NCBI GenBank assembly: GCA_963675595.2
Contig: CAXXLZ010000002.1
Coordinates: forward strand, 2,112,001 to 2,176,000
Source: Thermodesulfobacteriota bacterium
GTDB lineage: Bacteria > Desulfobacterota > Desulfarculia > JACQYL01
Direction of reading: 5' to 3'
DNA: 64,000 nt
Shown here: positions 39,383 to 50,066 of the stretch, in pieces
Position numbering within the stretch: the stretch's first letter is position 1
How the letters are laid out: every line of letters begins with the position of its first letter
Translations under genes and position numbers: made by a program
Notes under the pieces: model-generated
The model's database searches: none
Told to the model about the DNA's origin: nothing
What the model saw: only the letters and a program-made list of their open reading frames with translations

Positions 39383-39778
39383 TCAATCGGTGAGCTGCAG
39401 GCCGTGCTTGACTTGCTTTTTCGAAGCCGCCAGGACTTTCTTCACTTTGCTTTCCAGTTCGTCGATGTCAATGGGCTTCACCAGGTACTCTTGAGCCCCC
39501 AGCGTAATGGATTCCTTCGCCGTTTCCACTGTCGGGTAGCCCGTCAGCATGATTGCCTTCAGGTCCGGATGACGTTTTTTCAGTTCCGACAACACCTCCA
39601 CGCCGGACATGCGGGTGAGCTTGATATCCAAAATGGCCAGATCAAAAGACTCCCCGTCCGCGTATTCCAACGCACGGTCCTCGTCGGTAAATGTTTTGAC
39701 TTCATGCTTTGACGACAAAATTCTTTCAATGAGATCACAGGCGTCCTTTTCGTCATCCACCACCAGGATGCGTGCCAT
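39383..39778 (-). CDS. Single-domain response regulator (paralog of 28781-29200)
   Basis: ILVVDDEKDAC, LDIKL, LTGYPTV, YLVKP. Confidence 0.9.
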   Translation of the reverse strand: MARILVVDDEKDACDLIERILSSKHEVKTFTDEDRALEYADGESFDLAILDIKLTRMSGVEVLSELKKRHPDLKAIMLTGYPTVETAKESITLGAQEYLVKPIDIDELESKVKKVLAASKKQVKHGLQLTD

Positions 39779-40090
39779 GTCCCCTCCCTGAAGGCCAAGG
39801 TTCGTATGTTGAACGGATCAAACCGATTTTTAGACTAATGGGGTGGTAATTCGAAGTCAACAAAGAACAAGCCGGCTGGTCGGGCCATACGGCGGTGGGA
39901 TTATCCGGAACAAATAATGTATATTACGGTCTTCTTGACGGATCCACTGATCCAAAGCACTCGTCGGCTCAGCTTCCCTCGACGACCCTGCCGAAAACTC
40001 GGCAGACCGCATGATCCCCTGGTCCCCTCCTCCGGAGAGCGCGCGCCGACGGCCGATCCCGAGACTCACCTCAATGTGTACAGCGGATGC

Positions 40091-40492
40091 TCACCTCCCG
40101 CGGCACGTCAGTGCGTTATCGGTTTCCACAAACCCCTGGGCGATCCCCACCACATTGCGGAGTTCCTCGGGAGAAAACGGTTTGGGAAGATAGTTGTGCG
40201 CCCCGTTCTCCAATGCATAGCGTCGATCCTTTTCACCATCCTTAACCGACACCAGGATCACGTAGATGAAGGGGCCGTCCGATTGTTGCCTGAGCTTTCG
40301 ACAAATTTCCACACCGTCCATGACCGGCATGACCCAATCCAAAATGGCGATTCGCGGCGGGTCCTCCACGGAGAGCCGGTTCCAGGCCTCCCCGCCGTCG
40401 GCCGCGGCCTCGACCTCGTAACCCCATTCTTCCAGATAGCCCTTCAGCATGCGAAGCAGGGTGGAACTGTCCTCCGCTACCAGCACTCTCAT
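40091..40492 (-). CDS. Single-domain response regulator
   Basis: VLVAEDS, LDWVMPVMDG, YLPKPF. Confidence 0.85.
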   Translation of the reverse strand: MRVLVAEDSSTLLRMLKGYLEEWGYEVEAAADGGEAWNRLSVEDPPRIAILDWVMPVMDGVEICRKLRQQSDGPFIYVILVSVKDGEKDRRYALENGAHNYLPKPFSPEELRNVVGIAQGFVETDNALTCRGR

Positions 40493-40801
40493 GGATTCCC
40501 CCTTTCCGATTCTCTCCATTATCGGGTGTTTCCGGCCTGCAAGGCCGATCCGCTCGGATCGGGATTCAGCTTCCCTGAACCTCGCTTCTCACCGGGATTC
40601 GGTCGGACGTCTCCATTCTACTGCGCCCGCCCGTTCGTCACAACCCTACGCTCAAGAGCCGAGGAACGCAGGTCCCCACGCTCTTACGGCATTTGAATCG
40701 CCGATATCCGCGCGGGTTTCAATCATCCAGGTCGATCTTGACATTCCACGAAGGTTGTTCTACAAAATTTCTTACAAACACCTGAAAAAGGAGAAATCCC
40801 C

Positions 40802-40978
40802 ATGGAGTCCCAACAACTGGTGGAAGCGATGGGAAAATTGGAAGCCAAAGGAATCACTCTTGAGCAGTTCCAAGAAGAAACCAAGATTCCGGCCAACATA
40901 ATTCGCCTTTACGCGGTTGGTGGTCTCGTTCCCGACCGAATCGTCAAGAAGATGGAAGAACTCGTCGCCAAAGAGTAG
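40802..40978 (+). CDS. 58-aa small protein, below the ORF-track cutoff
   Basis: MESQQLVEAMGKLEAKGITLEQFQEETKIPANIIRLYAVGGLVPDRIVKKMEELVAKE; AAGGAGA RBS; TTGACA-N17-TACAAA at 40738-40766. Confidence 0.7.
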   Translation: MESQQLVEAMGKLEAKGITLEQFQEETKIPANIIRLYAVGGLVPDRIVKKMEELVAKE

Positions 40979-41166
40979 AATCCCCTTCAGTCGTTCCCGG
41001 GGGGACATCTCATCGATGCTTCCGGCGGTCGTCCTCCCCCGCTTTTCATCACTTCAGACGGCCGGCTTCGACTCTCCGGGCTTATGGTCACTCCGTCGGG
41101 GAGCGATTGCGCCGACTCTTTTTGCCGGCCGTGAATCAATCCCCTCTCCTTGGCCTTGTTGCGCCG

Positions 41167-42522
41167 TCAGGGAACCGCGGCACCCAGCACCGACCACCCC
41201 CCGGCATAAAAGATCCCCGCGACGCATCCCGTGGATGCCGTGGCCAGCACGGCGGCCCAAAGGGCCACGAAGCCCAGACGGCTCAGGTCCGGGAGCCGAT
41301 TGGGAGCCAACGCTCCGATCCCTCCCACGAAAACGGCGACCGAGGCCACGTGAGTGAATCCGCACAGCGCATAAGAAGCGATAACCACTGAGCGTGCCTC
41401 CGTAATCGCCCCGGACTTGATGTACCCGGCCAAGTGAAGATAAGCCGGAATCTCCGTGAGCACCACGCGCTCTCCCAGAAGAGAGGCCACGGCCCACGTA
41501 TCCGCCGCCGGGACTCCCATAAGCCTTGTCATGGGCCAGGAAACCAACGTAAGAAAGTACTTGAGGGAAAAGGTTTGCGGATCCATGTGCAACCATTGCC
41601 CCACCTCCCCCAGAATTCCGTCGATCAACGCCACCAAGCCCAGAAAGGCCACGAGCAAGGCGGAAATCCCGGCCACTTGTTTCACTCCGTCCATGGCCCC
41701 GGCAATGATAGCTTCCAGCAATCCCGGCTTTCCCTCGACCAGGGTTTTCGGCACCGTGCCCAGAGTTTCCGGCACTTCGGTTTCCGGCAAAATGATCTTC
41801 GAAATTACTACGGCTGCGGGAGCGGAAAGTACGGAAGCGGACACCAGATGCCCCGCAATCTGCGGGAACGCTCCACGGAGCGCCCCCACATAAATCGCCA
41901 TGGTGGAACTTGCCACGGTGGCCATGCACGCGGTGAGCAACGTAAGCAGCTCGGACCGCGTCATGCCGTCCAGAAACGGACGCACCGCTCCGGCCGATTC
42001 CACACCCACAAAAATGGTGGACGCGGTTCCCACAGATTCGACCCCACTGGTTCCCAATAGACGAACGAAGGCTTTGGAGAAGAGTCTGACCACGAAGGGC
42101 ATGACACCCACGTGATACAGCAGGGCCATGAAAGCCATGAAGAAAATGATGGTGGGCAGGTATTGGATCGCCAAAATGAATCCCGGACTCTGAGGCCGGC
42201 CGGGTTCCACGGCCAGAGGCCCAAAAAGGAACCGAACCCCTTCCATGGAATATCCGAGGAGACTCACCACTCCCTGGTTCAAGCCCCATAAAAGCTCTCG
42301 TCCCGCCTCCGAATGGAACACGAAGGCGCCCAGGGCCAACTGCATTCCCGTTCCGACCAACACCAACTTCCAGGGAAAGCGGCGCTTGTAATAAGAAGTG
42401 ACCCATGCAACAGCCTGAAGGATCGCGAAGCCCCCGAGACTTACCAGATTGAGTTTTACCAATGTGTGCATCCCGTTTTCAGGTAACCGGTAAAAGGACT
42501 TCCGAAAGAGTTCGTGTCGCAC
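41167..42522 (-). CDS. nupC: CNT/NupC-family nucleoside transporter
   Basis: FLFGPL, LPTIIFF, IFVG, MATVAS, YALCGF; start may be at 42471. Confidence 0.85.
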   Translation of the reverse strand: MRHELFRKSFYRLPENGMHTLVKLNLVSLGGFAILQAVAWVTSYYKRRFPWKLVLVGTGMQLALGAFVFHSEAGRELLWGLNQGVVSLLGYSMEGVRFLFGPLAVEPGRPQSPGFILAIQYLPTIIFFMAFMALLYHVGVMPFVVRLFSKAFVRLLGTSGVESVGTASTIFVGVESAGAVRPFLDGMTRSELLTLLTACMATVASSTMAIYVGALRGAFPQIAGHLVSASVLSAPAAVVISKIILPETEVPETLGTVPKTLVEGKPGLLEAIIAGAMDGVKQVAGISALLVAFLGLVALIDGILGEVGQWLHMDPQTFSLKYFLTLVSWPMTRLMGVPAADTWAVASLLGERVVLTEIPAYLHLAGYIKSGAITEARSVVIASYALCGFTHVASVAVFVGGIGALAPNRLPDLSRLGFVALWAAVLATASTGCVAGIFYAGGWSVLGAAVP

Positions 42523-42610
42523 ACCCCGGCGGAAGTCGAGCCTATCAAAGCATTATGCCGAAAGCGATTCCCTTTTTGTGGACTTTTTAAGACGATAAAG
42601 GAGACGGCCT

Positions 42611-43420
42611 GTGACGTCGTATGTTCACGGATACTCGGACCGAGAAGCCGTCCGCTTGGCGGACCAAGCCGGCACACTGGCGGATATGCTGCATGTGGAT
42701 ACGCTTTATCCTCCCGGTGACCGTGTCCTGGAGATCGGATGCGGCACCGGAGCCCAAACCGTGATCCTGTATGACCAGTCCCCCAACACCCGATTCCTGT
42801 CCGTCGACCGTTCCAGGGACTCCCTCACCGCCGCCGTCGCCAAATGTGGAGGCCGAGGCATTCCCGGCGCGCCATTCGTTCAGGCCGACCTTTTCCAATT
42901 GCCCTTCAAAGATCAAACCTTCGATCATGTCTTCGTGTGCTTCGTGCTGGAACACCTGCCGGACCCACAAAGCGCGTTGGTTCATCTGGCAAGGGTACTG
43001 AAGCCCAACGGGTCCGTCACCGCAATTGAGGGAGACCATGGCTCCTTTTACTGCCACCCCGAAACGGAGGAGGGGAAAAGCGTCGTTAAATGCCTGATCC
43101 GAGCCCAAGCCCATTTGGGAGGAGACTCCCTCATCGGTCGCAGACTCTACCCTCTTCTCACGGAGGCCGGTTTTCACGACGTTCAGGTATCGCCGAGAAT
43201 CGTGTACGTAGACTCCAGCCGGCCCGCCTTGGTGGAAGGGTTCAGCAAGAACACGTTCATCGCCATGGTGGAAGGGGTGAAAGACCAGGCCCTCGCCATG
43301 AACATGGTCACCCCCGAGGTCTGGCGAAAGGGAATCGCCGACCTCTACCGCGCCACCGAGGACGACGGCACCTTCTGCTATACGTTCTTCAAGGCCGTCG
43401 GACGGAAAGTGGGCCCTTGA
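42611..43420 (+). CDS. Class I SAM-dependent methyltransferase
   Basis: YVHGYS, VLEIGCGTG, FDHVFVCFVLEHL. Confidence 0.88.
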   Translation: MTSYVHGYSDREAVRLADQAGTLADMLHVDTLYPPGDRVLEIGCGTGAQTVILYDQSPNTRFLSVDRSRDSLTAAVAKCGGRGIPGAPFVQADLFQLPFKDQTFDHVFVCFVLEHLPDPQSALVHLARVLKPNGSVTAIEGDHGSFYCHPETEEGKSVVKCLIRAQAHLGGDSLIGRRLYPLLTEAGFHDVQVSPRIVYVDSSRPALVEGFSKNTFIAMVEGVKDQALAMNMVTPEVWRKGIADLYRATEDDGTFCYTFFKAVGRKVGP

Positions 43421-43475
43421 GCCCGTCCAAATCCTACGTACATGTCCGCCGCGTGATCACCATTGCGGACGTCTC

Positions 43476-44648
43476 TCAGTCCGTGTCCGTCAGCCTTGCT
43501 CGAACCTCCTCCGCAATGGCCAGGCAGGCCGTAAGTCCCGGACTGTCCATGCCGAGCAGATGCAGAACGCCCGGAACCTTCGGCGAGTGGTGGAATACGA
43601 AGTCGGAGGAGTCTCTGAGCCTCGCCTGGATGCCCGCTTGGTGAAGATGCAGATCCCGCGCCTCAAGGCCGGGAAAAAACTTATGGACAAAACCATGAAA
43701 GAATTCCGGGGGTTTCAGCCCGGAGGACAAATCGTCGGTTCGCGTCACCGGCCCCAACCAGGGCCCCACGGTCACGGTGTCCGAAACGCGCACTCCTGAA
43801 GAATCGGTTTCGAGAGTCGGGGTCAAGTGCACGCCCACAGTGAAATGGCTCCCTCCGGGCGTTTCCACCCGGGTGGGAACGGGATACACGTTCATCCCGC
43901 GCAGAAAAAGCTCGGAACGGCGATTTCGATAAAAAAGCGCCCATTCACCCCTGACCGGATCCGGAACATAGGAAGATTCGGGATCGATTCTACGGGCCAG
44001 TTCGGGCGCTGCGACTCCGGCGGCGTTTACCAGATATCGTGTGGTTAATCGCTCCACACGCCCGTCTCGTCGACGCAAATCGACGAACAACAAACCATGC
44101 CGGTATTCCACCTCCGTCACGGTCGTTCCCGTGAGAACGTGTGCACCCGCGTTCTCCGCCGACGTCGCCAGCTTGCGAACCAAAGAGGTTGGTTCCACGA
44201 TCCCGGAAGTGGGAACGAATAGGGCTCCGCTGCCGCGAACGTTGGGCTCCATTTCCCGGATTTCCCCCGCGGACAGGAGCCGCACTCCGCGGACGCCGTT
44301 CTCCTCCGCTCGAACGCGGTAGAAGTCCAGCACCCTTTCCTCCGCCGGTTCACAGGCAACAACCAGCTTGCCCGTCCTCAGAACGGGTACGCCGTGGCGC
44401 TCACAAAAATCGTACAGGAGTCGGTTGCCTTCCACACAAAGACGAGCTTTTAAAGGCCGCGTCTCCCGATCGTAATAGATCCCGGCGTGTACCACTCCCG
44501 AGTTGCGCGAGGACTGATTATCTCCTCGGGTAATTCCCTGATTCCTCTCAAAAAGAAAGACCCGCTCGAATCGATCGGCCAGGGTTCGGGCCACCGCACA
44601 GCCGACGACCCCTCCGCCCACCACCGCTACATCGACATCAACGGACAT
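43476..44648 (-). CDS. FAD-dependent oxidoreductase (LhgO/L-2-hydroxyglutarate oxidase-like)
   Basis: GGGVVG, SSRNSGVVHAGIYY, DSPGLTA. Confidence 0.85.
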   Translation of the reverse strand: MSVDVDVAVVGGGVVGCAVARTLADRFERVFLFERNQGITRGDNQSSRNSGVVHAGIYYDRETRPLKARLCVEGNRLLYDFCERHGVPVLRTGKLVVACEPAEERVLDFYRVRAEENGVRGVRLLSAGEIREMEPNVRGSGALFVPTSGIVEPTSLVRKLATSAENAGAHVLTGTTVTEVEYRHGLLFVDLRRRDGRVERLTTRYLVNAAGVAAPELARRIDPESSYVPDPVRGEWALFYRNRRSELFLRGMNVYPVPTRVETPGGSHFTVGVHLTPTLETDSSGVRVSDTVTVGPWLGPVTRTDDLSSGLKPPEFFHGFVHKFFPGLEARDLHLHQAGIQARLRDSSDFVFHHSPKVPGVLHLLGMDSPGLTACLAIAEEVRARLTDTD

Positions 44649-44806
44649 TCCAACGCCTTTCCGCCATCATTGCGCTTCGTACCGAGTCACGGTACTTGGA
44701 AACGCACACCCCCGTAAATCCCAAGTAACGAACCGTACATGGAATTACCTCAAAGAGCCGAGAGGTGAATCGTAACACGGCGGGTCGGGCTTCTTTCACC
44801 GGTCCG

Positions 44807-45598
44807 CTAGATTTCGCCGATGAACCAAGCCCAAGCCATGCCCATGTATTCATAGAACGCACGTTGTGATTTATACAGTTGCCCGGCATCGACCTGAAAG
44901 AGGCTCGCACGAAGTCCTTCCCGATTCCGGCTGAGGTAGTCCGTGGGAGCCGCGATGGGGTTCATTCCCGCTTTCCTGAAAATCATCATGGCTCTCGCCA
45001 TGTGCGAAGCGGAGGAAACCAGGAAAAAAGGTTCCAAACCCACCACGACGAAGATGTCCTCCGCCTCGCCGTGGGTATCCTGTCCCTCCGACCGGACCAC
45101 CATATCCTTTTCAGGCACGCCCAGGCCCCGAGCGGCCTCCGCCGTGATCAGGGCGCCGGCCCTCGAACTGAACACGGCCCCGCCGGAGACGATCAGACGA
45201 CTGCCGGGAAGTTCCCGATAAAGACGGATTCCCTCGGCCAAACGGGTCACGGAAACCTCCGACAACTGACTCAGAGGAGAAAGGCCGGGGTCGGGCCAGT
45301 GCCCTCCTCCCAGGACCGCAACCCACCGCACGGGCCGTTCCGAGTACGATAGAGCCACCTCCGCAGCCTTGCCTGCCGGCACGGCGGGATACATGGTTTC
45401 CAGGGGAGAAATCAAGCGGTCCGCCACAGGCGAATAGCTCAGAACACACAAAAGAAGGGCTCCAAAGATCAACAGCCCCCTGCCCCACTTCTGTTTCCGG
45501 GTGAACGTGATTAGAATGAATCCCAATAAAATGAATTCCACGCCCAGTGCGAGAGGAAATAGAAGGCTGCTTACGATCTTTTTTAAGAATAACATCAT
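44807..45598 (-). CDS. elyC: ElyC/YdcF (DUF218) envelope protein
   Basis: VLGGG, RLAEG, VSGG, SASHMARA, YEYMG. Confidence 0.75.
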   Translation of the reverse strand: MMLFLKKIVSSLLFPLALGVEFILLGFILITFTRKQKWGRGLLIFGALLLCVLSYSPVADRLISPLETMYPAVPAGKAAEVALSYSERPVRWVAVLGGGHWPDPGLSPLSQLSEVSVTRLAEGIRLYRELPGSRLIVSGGAVFSSRAGALITAEAARGLGVPEKDMVVRSEGQDTHGEAEDIFVVVGLEPFFLVSSASHMARAMMIFRKAGMNPIAAPTDYLSRNREGLRASLFQVDAGQLYKSQRAFYEYMGMAWAWFIGEI

Positions 45599-45912
45599 AG
45601 GTCCTCCGCACTTGTGGCGGTACTTTCGACGCGTACCGAGAGAAGACCGAAGGGACCGGCTGTTATGCCGGAAGTGAGGCGGTTTGTGATCCGCCGACGC
45701 CACCATACTGCGCAGCCGTGACCCGCTTCGTCAAGGCGAAGCTGCATCGCCGAGATTGGGAGCGATTTCCGGGGCCGTCCTCTTTTTTTCCGGATATCTC
45801 AAGATCACTACGCGCTGAATGAACGCTTTAGATTGACCGAACCCCATGAAAACGTTTATAAAATAGTAGATATGGATCGGGGGATGATTTCCATGTTTGA
45901 TTTTGCGGAAGA

Positions 45913-46869
45913 ATGATGACCATCAATGCGAACTTGAAAACACCGAATGACCTGATCTTCGGCCCTGTGGCTTCCAGACGACTGGGATATTCTTTGGGCG
46001 TGGACATTATTCCGAGGAAGACTTGCTCCCTGGACTGTGTCTACTGTGAAGTCGGCAAGACCACCCGGCGCACGCTCGAAATCGCACCTTACATCACGGC
46101 GGAAACCGTGCTGGAAACACTTGAACGCTGCCTGAAAGACGAAAAACCCCGTCTTGACTTCATTACCGTCACCGGATCGGGAGAGCCGACGCTGAATTCC
46201 GACCTCGGCGGCATAGTACGGGGAATCAAACGGTTGTCTCAAGTCCCGGTGGCCATCCTCACCAACGCCACTCTCTTGTATTTGGAGGAGGTTCGGGAAG
46301 CCGTTTCAGAGGCCGAGGTTTTGGTCCCGTCCCTTGATGCGGCCACGGGCAAAGCCTTCAGAGCGGTGAACCGCCCCCATCCCGATCTGGACCTCGAACG
46401 GATTCTCGAGGGATTGATCAGACTTCGAAAGACCTACAAAAAGCAAATCTGGTTGGAGACATTGTTCGTCCGGGGCATGAACGACTCACCTTCCGACCTG
46501 GTCGCACTCAAAGCCGCCGCCGAGCGGATATCGCCGGATCGGATTCAAGTGAACACCGTGGTTCGTCCTCCCACATTATCCGAAGCACACCCCCTGGACG
46601 CCGAGGAACTCGAAAAATGCAGGGCGTTCCTGGGGCCGAAAGCTGAATTGATCGTTTCTTTTGCCAAGGAGGAAGCCGGCAGGGAGAACCCCGGCTCCGA
46701 AGACTCGGTGATCGAGATGATCCGTCGTCGACCCTGCGGTCTGGAAGAGATATCGGCGGCGTTGAATATTCCAAGAGCAACGCTCGAACCCATGATGGGT
46801 CGGCTCGTGCTGAACGGTAAAGCCGTCCGGCGCGTACACCGTGGAATTTCCTTTTATCAATCGGAATGA
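45913..46869 (+). CDS. Radical SAM protein
   Basis: FGPVASRRLGYSLG, CSLDCVYC, GSGEPTL. Confidence 0.88.
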   Translation: MMTINANLKTPNDLIFGPVASRRLGYSLGVDIIPRKTCSLDCVYCEVGKTTRRTLEIAPYITAETVLETLERCLKDEKPRLDFITVTGSGEPTLNSDLGGIVRGIKRLSQVPVAILTNATLLYLEEVREAVSEAEVLVPSLDAATGKAFRAVNRPHPDLDLERILEGLIRLRKTYKKQIWLETLFVRGMNDSPSDLVALKAAAERISPDRIQVNTVVRPPTLSEAHPLDAEELEKCRAFLGPKAELIVSFAKEEAGRENPGSEDSVIEMIRRRPCGLEEISAALNIPRATLEPMMGRLVLNGKAVRRVHRGISFYQSE

Positions 46870-46945
46870 ACTCATTGGGAACCCCGGCCCGAGGCGAAAT
46901 GCGCCGCACGCTCGGGGGCCCGTCCACCAAGGATCAAAAAACACG

Positions 46946-49900
46946 ATGCAAAGTGCAGGAATCCGTTGTTCCAGTCCACTCCATGTGGGCGTCGATGTCG
47001 GCTCGGTGAGCGTCAACGTGGTTGCCGTGAATCAGGCCGGGGAGATCGTTTTCGAGGCACCTTACCGGCGGCATTTCGGTAGAATTCACCCCATGATTCT
47101 GGAATTACTCGGAGATGTCCGGGCATGGGCCGGGGAGACGCCCATTCGATCGGTTTCCTTTACAGGCAACCACGGCCAAGTTGCGGCCGAGTTGTCCGGG
47201 GCTCCCTACGAATTCGAAACCATTGCGCAGGTGGAAGGCTGCGTGGCCGTGATGCCGGGCGTGCGCAGCATTATCGGCATGGGCGGACAGGAAACCGCCC
47301 TGTTTCAGCTCGACTATCACGGATCGGATTGGGAACTCCGTGAGTTCAACATGAACGGACCGTGTGCATCAGGTACGGGTTCCTTCATCGACCAGCAGGC
47401 GGAGAGGCTCGCCACTTCCATATATGATGAAGCCAGGGAGTGGGCTCCGGAAAGAATAGAAACCGTTCTGAGGGATTTCATCGCCCTGGGCATGAAAGCG
47501 GAAGCCCCAAGCCAAGTGGCTTGCCGATGCACGGTGTTCACCAAGTCGGACATGATCCACCTGCAGAACAAGGGAGAAAGTCTCGAGAACATCATTGCGG
47601 GTCTTCACGAAGGAAATGCGGCCAACTATATCAGCACCATCGTTTCCACGCGGAAAATGGTCGAACCCATCGCCTTTATCGGAGGCATGTCCCTCAACGA
47701 ACTACAGGTTTTGTCCTTCCGGAAATACTACCCGAACCTGAAGATTCCCCCCCATCCCACGAGTCTCGGGGCCCTGGGCGTAGCCCTCGTCGCCGCTCGC
47801 CGAAATATCGAAAGTCCTTTGGACCTGGATGGGCTGAAATCGGATTCGGAGAGCAGAGAAAAATCGTTTTCATTCGCACCGCCCCTGAAGATCGAGAAAA
47901 CACAATTTCCCGAAGACAACCGCATCACGGCCATGTTCGACTCCAAATCGGTCGTGGACGTCTTCCTCGGCATCGACATCGGTTCCACCACCACCAAATA
48001 CGCCATGATCGACACCACCAACCGGGTCGTTCGAAAGCATTATGTTCACACTCGTGGAAAGCCGATCCAGGTCACCCAGGAATTGTGCAGACACATCGTG
48101 GAGCACGCCGGGCCTCATGTACACATCCTGGGCGTCGCCACCACGGGTTCCGGAAGAAACGTGGTGGGAGACTTCATCAATGCGGATGTGATCATCGACG
48201 AAATCACGGCTCACGCCAGGGGAGCCGTACAGGTCGATCCCAAGGTGGACACCATTTTCGAAATCGGCGGGCAGGATTCCAAATACATCTATATCCACGA
48301 CGCACATCCTCTCGATTTCGACATGAACAAGGTCTGCGCCGCCGGCACCGGAAGTTTCCTGCATGAACTCGCCAACAAGAACCGAATCAACATTGTAGGT
48401 GAATTCCAGGAAATGGCGCTCTCCTCTCCCCATCCGATTCTCTTGGCCGAGCGTTGTACGGTGTTCATGGAATCCGACCTGGTGTCCTTCGCACAGAAAG
48501 GGGCCAACAAACCGGACCTGATCGCCGGGCTGAGTTACGCCATCGTTCACAACTACCTGAACCGCGTGGTGGGGAAAAGGAAGATCGGAAATCACATCAT
48601 GTTCCTCGGGGGCCCCTCCTTGAATAAGGCCGTGGTGGCCGCTTTCGAGCAGGTCACCGGACAGACGTTGGTGGTCCCCAAACATCGTGAAGTCATGGGA
48701 GCTTTCGGAGCCGCTCTCATCGCCAAAGACAGAATGCAGCGAGCCCCCTACGTCTCGAACTTCCGGGGAGCGTCCGAGATCGTCCAAGACCGACTCACGC
48801 ACGAGGAGCGTATCTGCCGAGTCGACCCGAACTGCCATAACCAGTGCAAACTCAAGGTCTATACCTTCAGCGGCCGAAAGAGCGTCTGGGGAGGTGAATG
48901 CGGCCGTTATGAGGCCTCCCGATCGGACCGCCGCAAGGAAGAGAACTACTTCGACCTACGGAATCGGATATTCCTCGATCACCTGGAACCTTCGGCGGTA
49001 AGGCTGAAGACCGGCGCCCCTCGTCCCGTACGAAGCGGAGCCCCGACCGTGGGCATTCAGCAGGCTTTGACCTTTTACAGTCTGGGCGTTTTCTGGACTC
49101 ACTTCTTCAAACACCTGGGTTGCAGCGTGCTCCTGACCCCTCCCACGGACTACCGCATATCCCGTTCAGGCATCGAGGCCACCAACACCGAAACCTGCTA
49201 CCCGGTGAAGGTGTCCCACGGCCACGTGAAACATCTGGCCGAGCACGCGGATTTCCTATTTCTGCCCAACATGATCAACATGAAGACGCCACATCCCGAA
49301 GAGGCGGGCTTCCTGTGCCCTTTGGTGGAGTCAAATCACTTTATGGTCAAGAGCGCCCTGGGACTAAGCGACCGCAGAATCCTCTCTCCCACGGTGGAGC
49401 TGCGCCTCGAGGCTTCACGAGTCGTGGAGGACCTCCATCGAAGTCTCGGCGCCAAGCTCGGATGCAGCCGGGAACGGGTGAGGACCGCCTTCGAAGCGGC
49501 TTCGGAAGCACAGGACGCGTTCGAAAAAGCCGTTTTGGCCGAAGGACGCCGGGTGTTGGGATCCATCACTCCGGAAGACTTCGTGGTATTGGTTACCGGA
49601 AGGCCCTACAACCTGCACGATGAGCGCCTGAACCTGAAGTTGGGACACCAGTTGGCCAAAACGGGCATCAAAGGAATCCCCATGGATTTCCTGGACACCG
49701 ACGCGGAAGACCTGTCGGATTTTCCGGACATGTATTGGGGGTTGGGAGCCAAGATACTTCGGACGGCCAGAGTGGTCGCGAGAACACCGGATTGGTTCGG
49801 GCTGCACCTGACCAATTTCAGTTGCGGGGCCGACTCGTTCATCGAGCATTTTTACAAGTACCTCATGGGGGACAAACCTTGTTTGATCCTCGAACTGGAC

Positions 49901-50029
49901 GAACATAGCGCCGTAGCCGGGATGATGACCCGGATCGAGGCGTTCAAGAACGTCATGTCCAATGTGCTGTGCCGGACGGAACCTACCGAGGACCGCTCCG
50001 CCGCAGGAGGATCGCGAATCGCGGGTTGA
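46946..50029 (+). CDS. 2-hydroxyacyl-CoA dehydratase activase-like protein (two BadF-type ATPase domains plus C-terminal domain)
   Basis: GVDVGS and GIDIGSTTTK, CASGTGSF and CAAGTGSF, IGGQDSK, CYPVK, GRPYN. Confidence 0.9.
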   Translation: MQSAGIRCSSPLHVGVDVGSVSVNVVAVNQAGEIVFEAPYRRHFGRIHPMILELLGDVRAWAGETPIRSVSFTGNHGQVAAELSGAPYEFETIAQVEGCVAVMPGVRSIIGMGGQETALFQLDYHGSDWELREFNMNGPCASGTGSFIDQQAERLATSIYDEAREWAPERIETVLRDFIALGMKAEAPSQVACRCTVFTKSDMIHLQNKGESLENIIAGLHEGNAANYISTIVSTRKMVEPIAFIGGMSLNELQVLSFRKYYPNLKIPPHPTSLGALGVALVAARRNIESPLDLDGLKSDSESREKSFSFAPPLKIEKTQFPEDNRITAMFDSKSVVDVFLGIDIGSTTTKYAMIDTTNRVVRKHYVHTRGKPIQVTQELCRHIVEHAGPHVHILGVATTGSGRNVVGDFINADVIIDEITAHARGAVQVDPKVDTIFEIGGQDSKYIYIHDAHPLDFDMNKVCAAGTGSFLHELANKNRINIVGEFQEMALSSPHPILLAERCTVFMESDLVSFAQKGANKPDLIAGLSYAIVHNYLNRVVGKRKIGNHIMFLGGPSLNKAVVAAFEQVTGQTLVVPKHREVMGAFGAALIAKDRMQRAPYVSNFRGASEIVQDRLTHEERICRVDPNCHNQCKLKVYTFSGRKSVWGGECGRYEASRSDRRKEENYFDLRNRIFLDHLEPSAVRLKTGAPRPVRSGAPTVGIQQALTFYSLGVFWTHFFKHLGCSVLLTPPTDYRISRSGIEATNTETCYPVKVSHGHVKHLAEHADFLFLPNMINMKTPHPEEAGFLCPLVESNHFMVKSALGLSDRRILSPTVELRLEASRVVEDLHRSLGAKLGCSRERVRTAFEAASEAQDAFEKAVLAEGRRVLGSITPEDFVVLVTGRPYNLHDERLNLKLGHQLAKTGIKGIPMDFLDTDAEDLSDFPDMYWGLGAKILRTARVVARTPDWFGLHLTNFSCGADSFIEHFYKYLMGDKPCLILELDEHSAVAGMMTRIEAFKNVMSNVLCRTEPTEDRSAAGGSRIAG

Positions 50030-50066
50030 CGGCGAATCCGCTAATTCCATTCGAGGATAATAATCT

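Noticed and set aside
45913-46869. Radical SAM enzyme as maturase of the selenopeptide
   Set aside because: 38 kb away, no SPASM or RRE features, and it belongs to a widespread unrelated-looking family.
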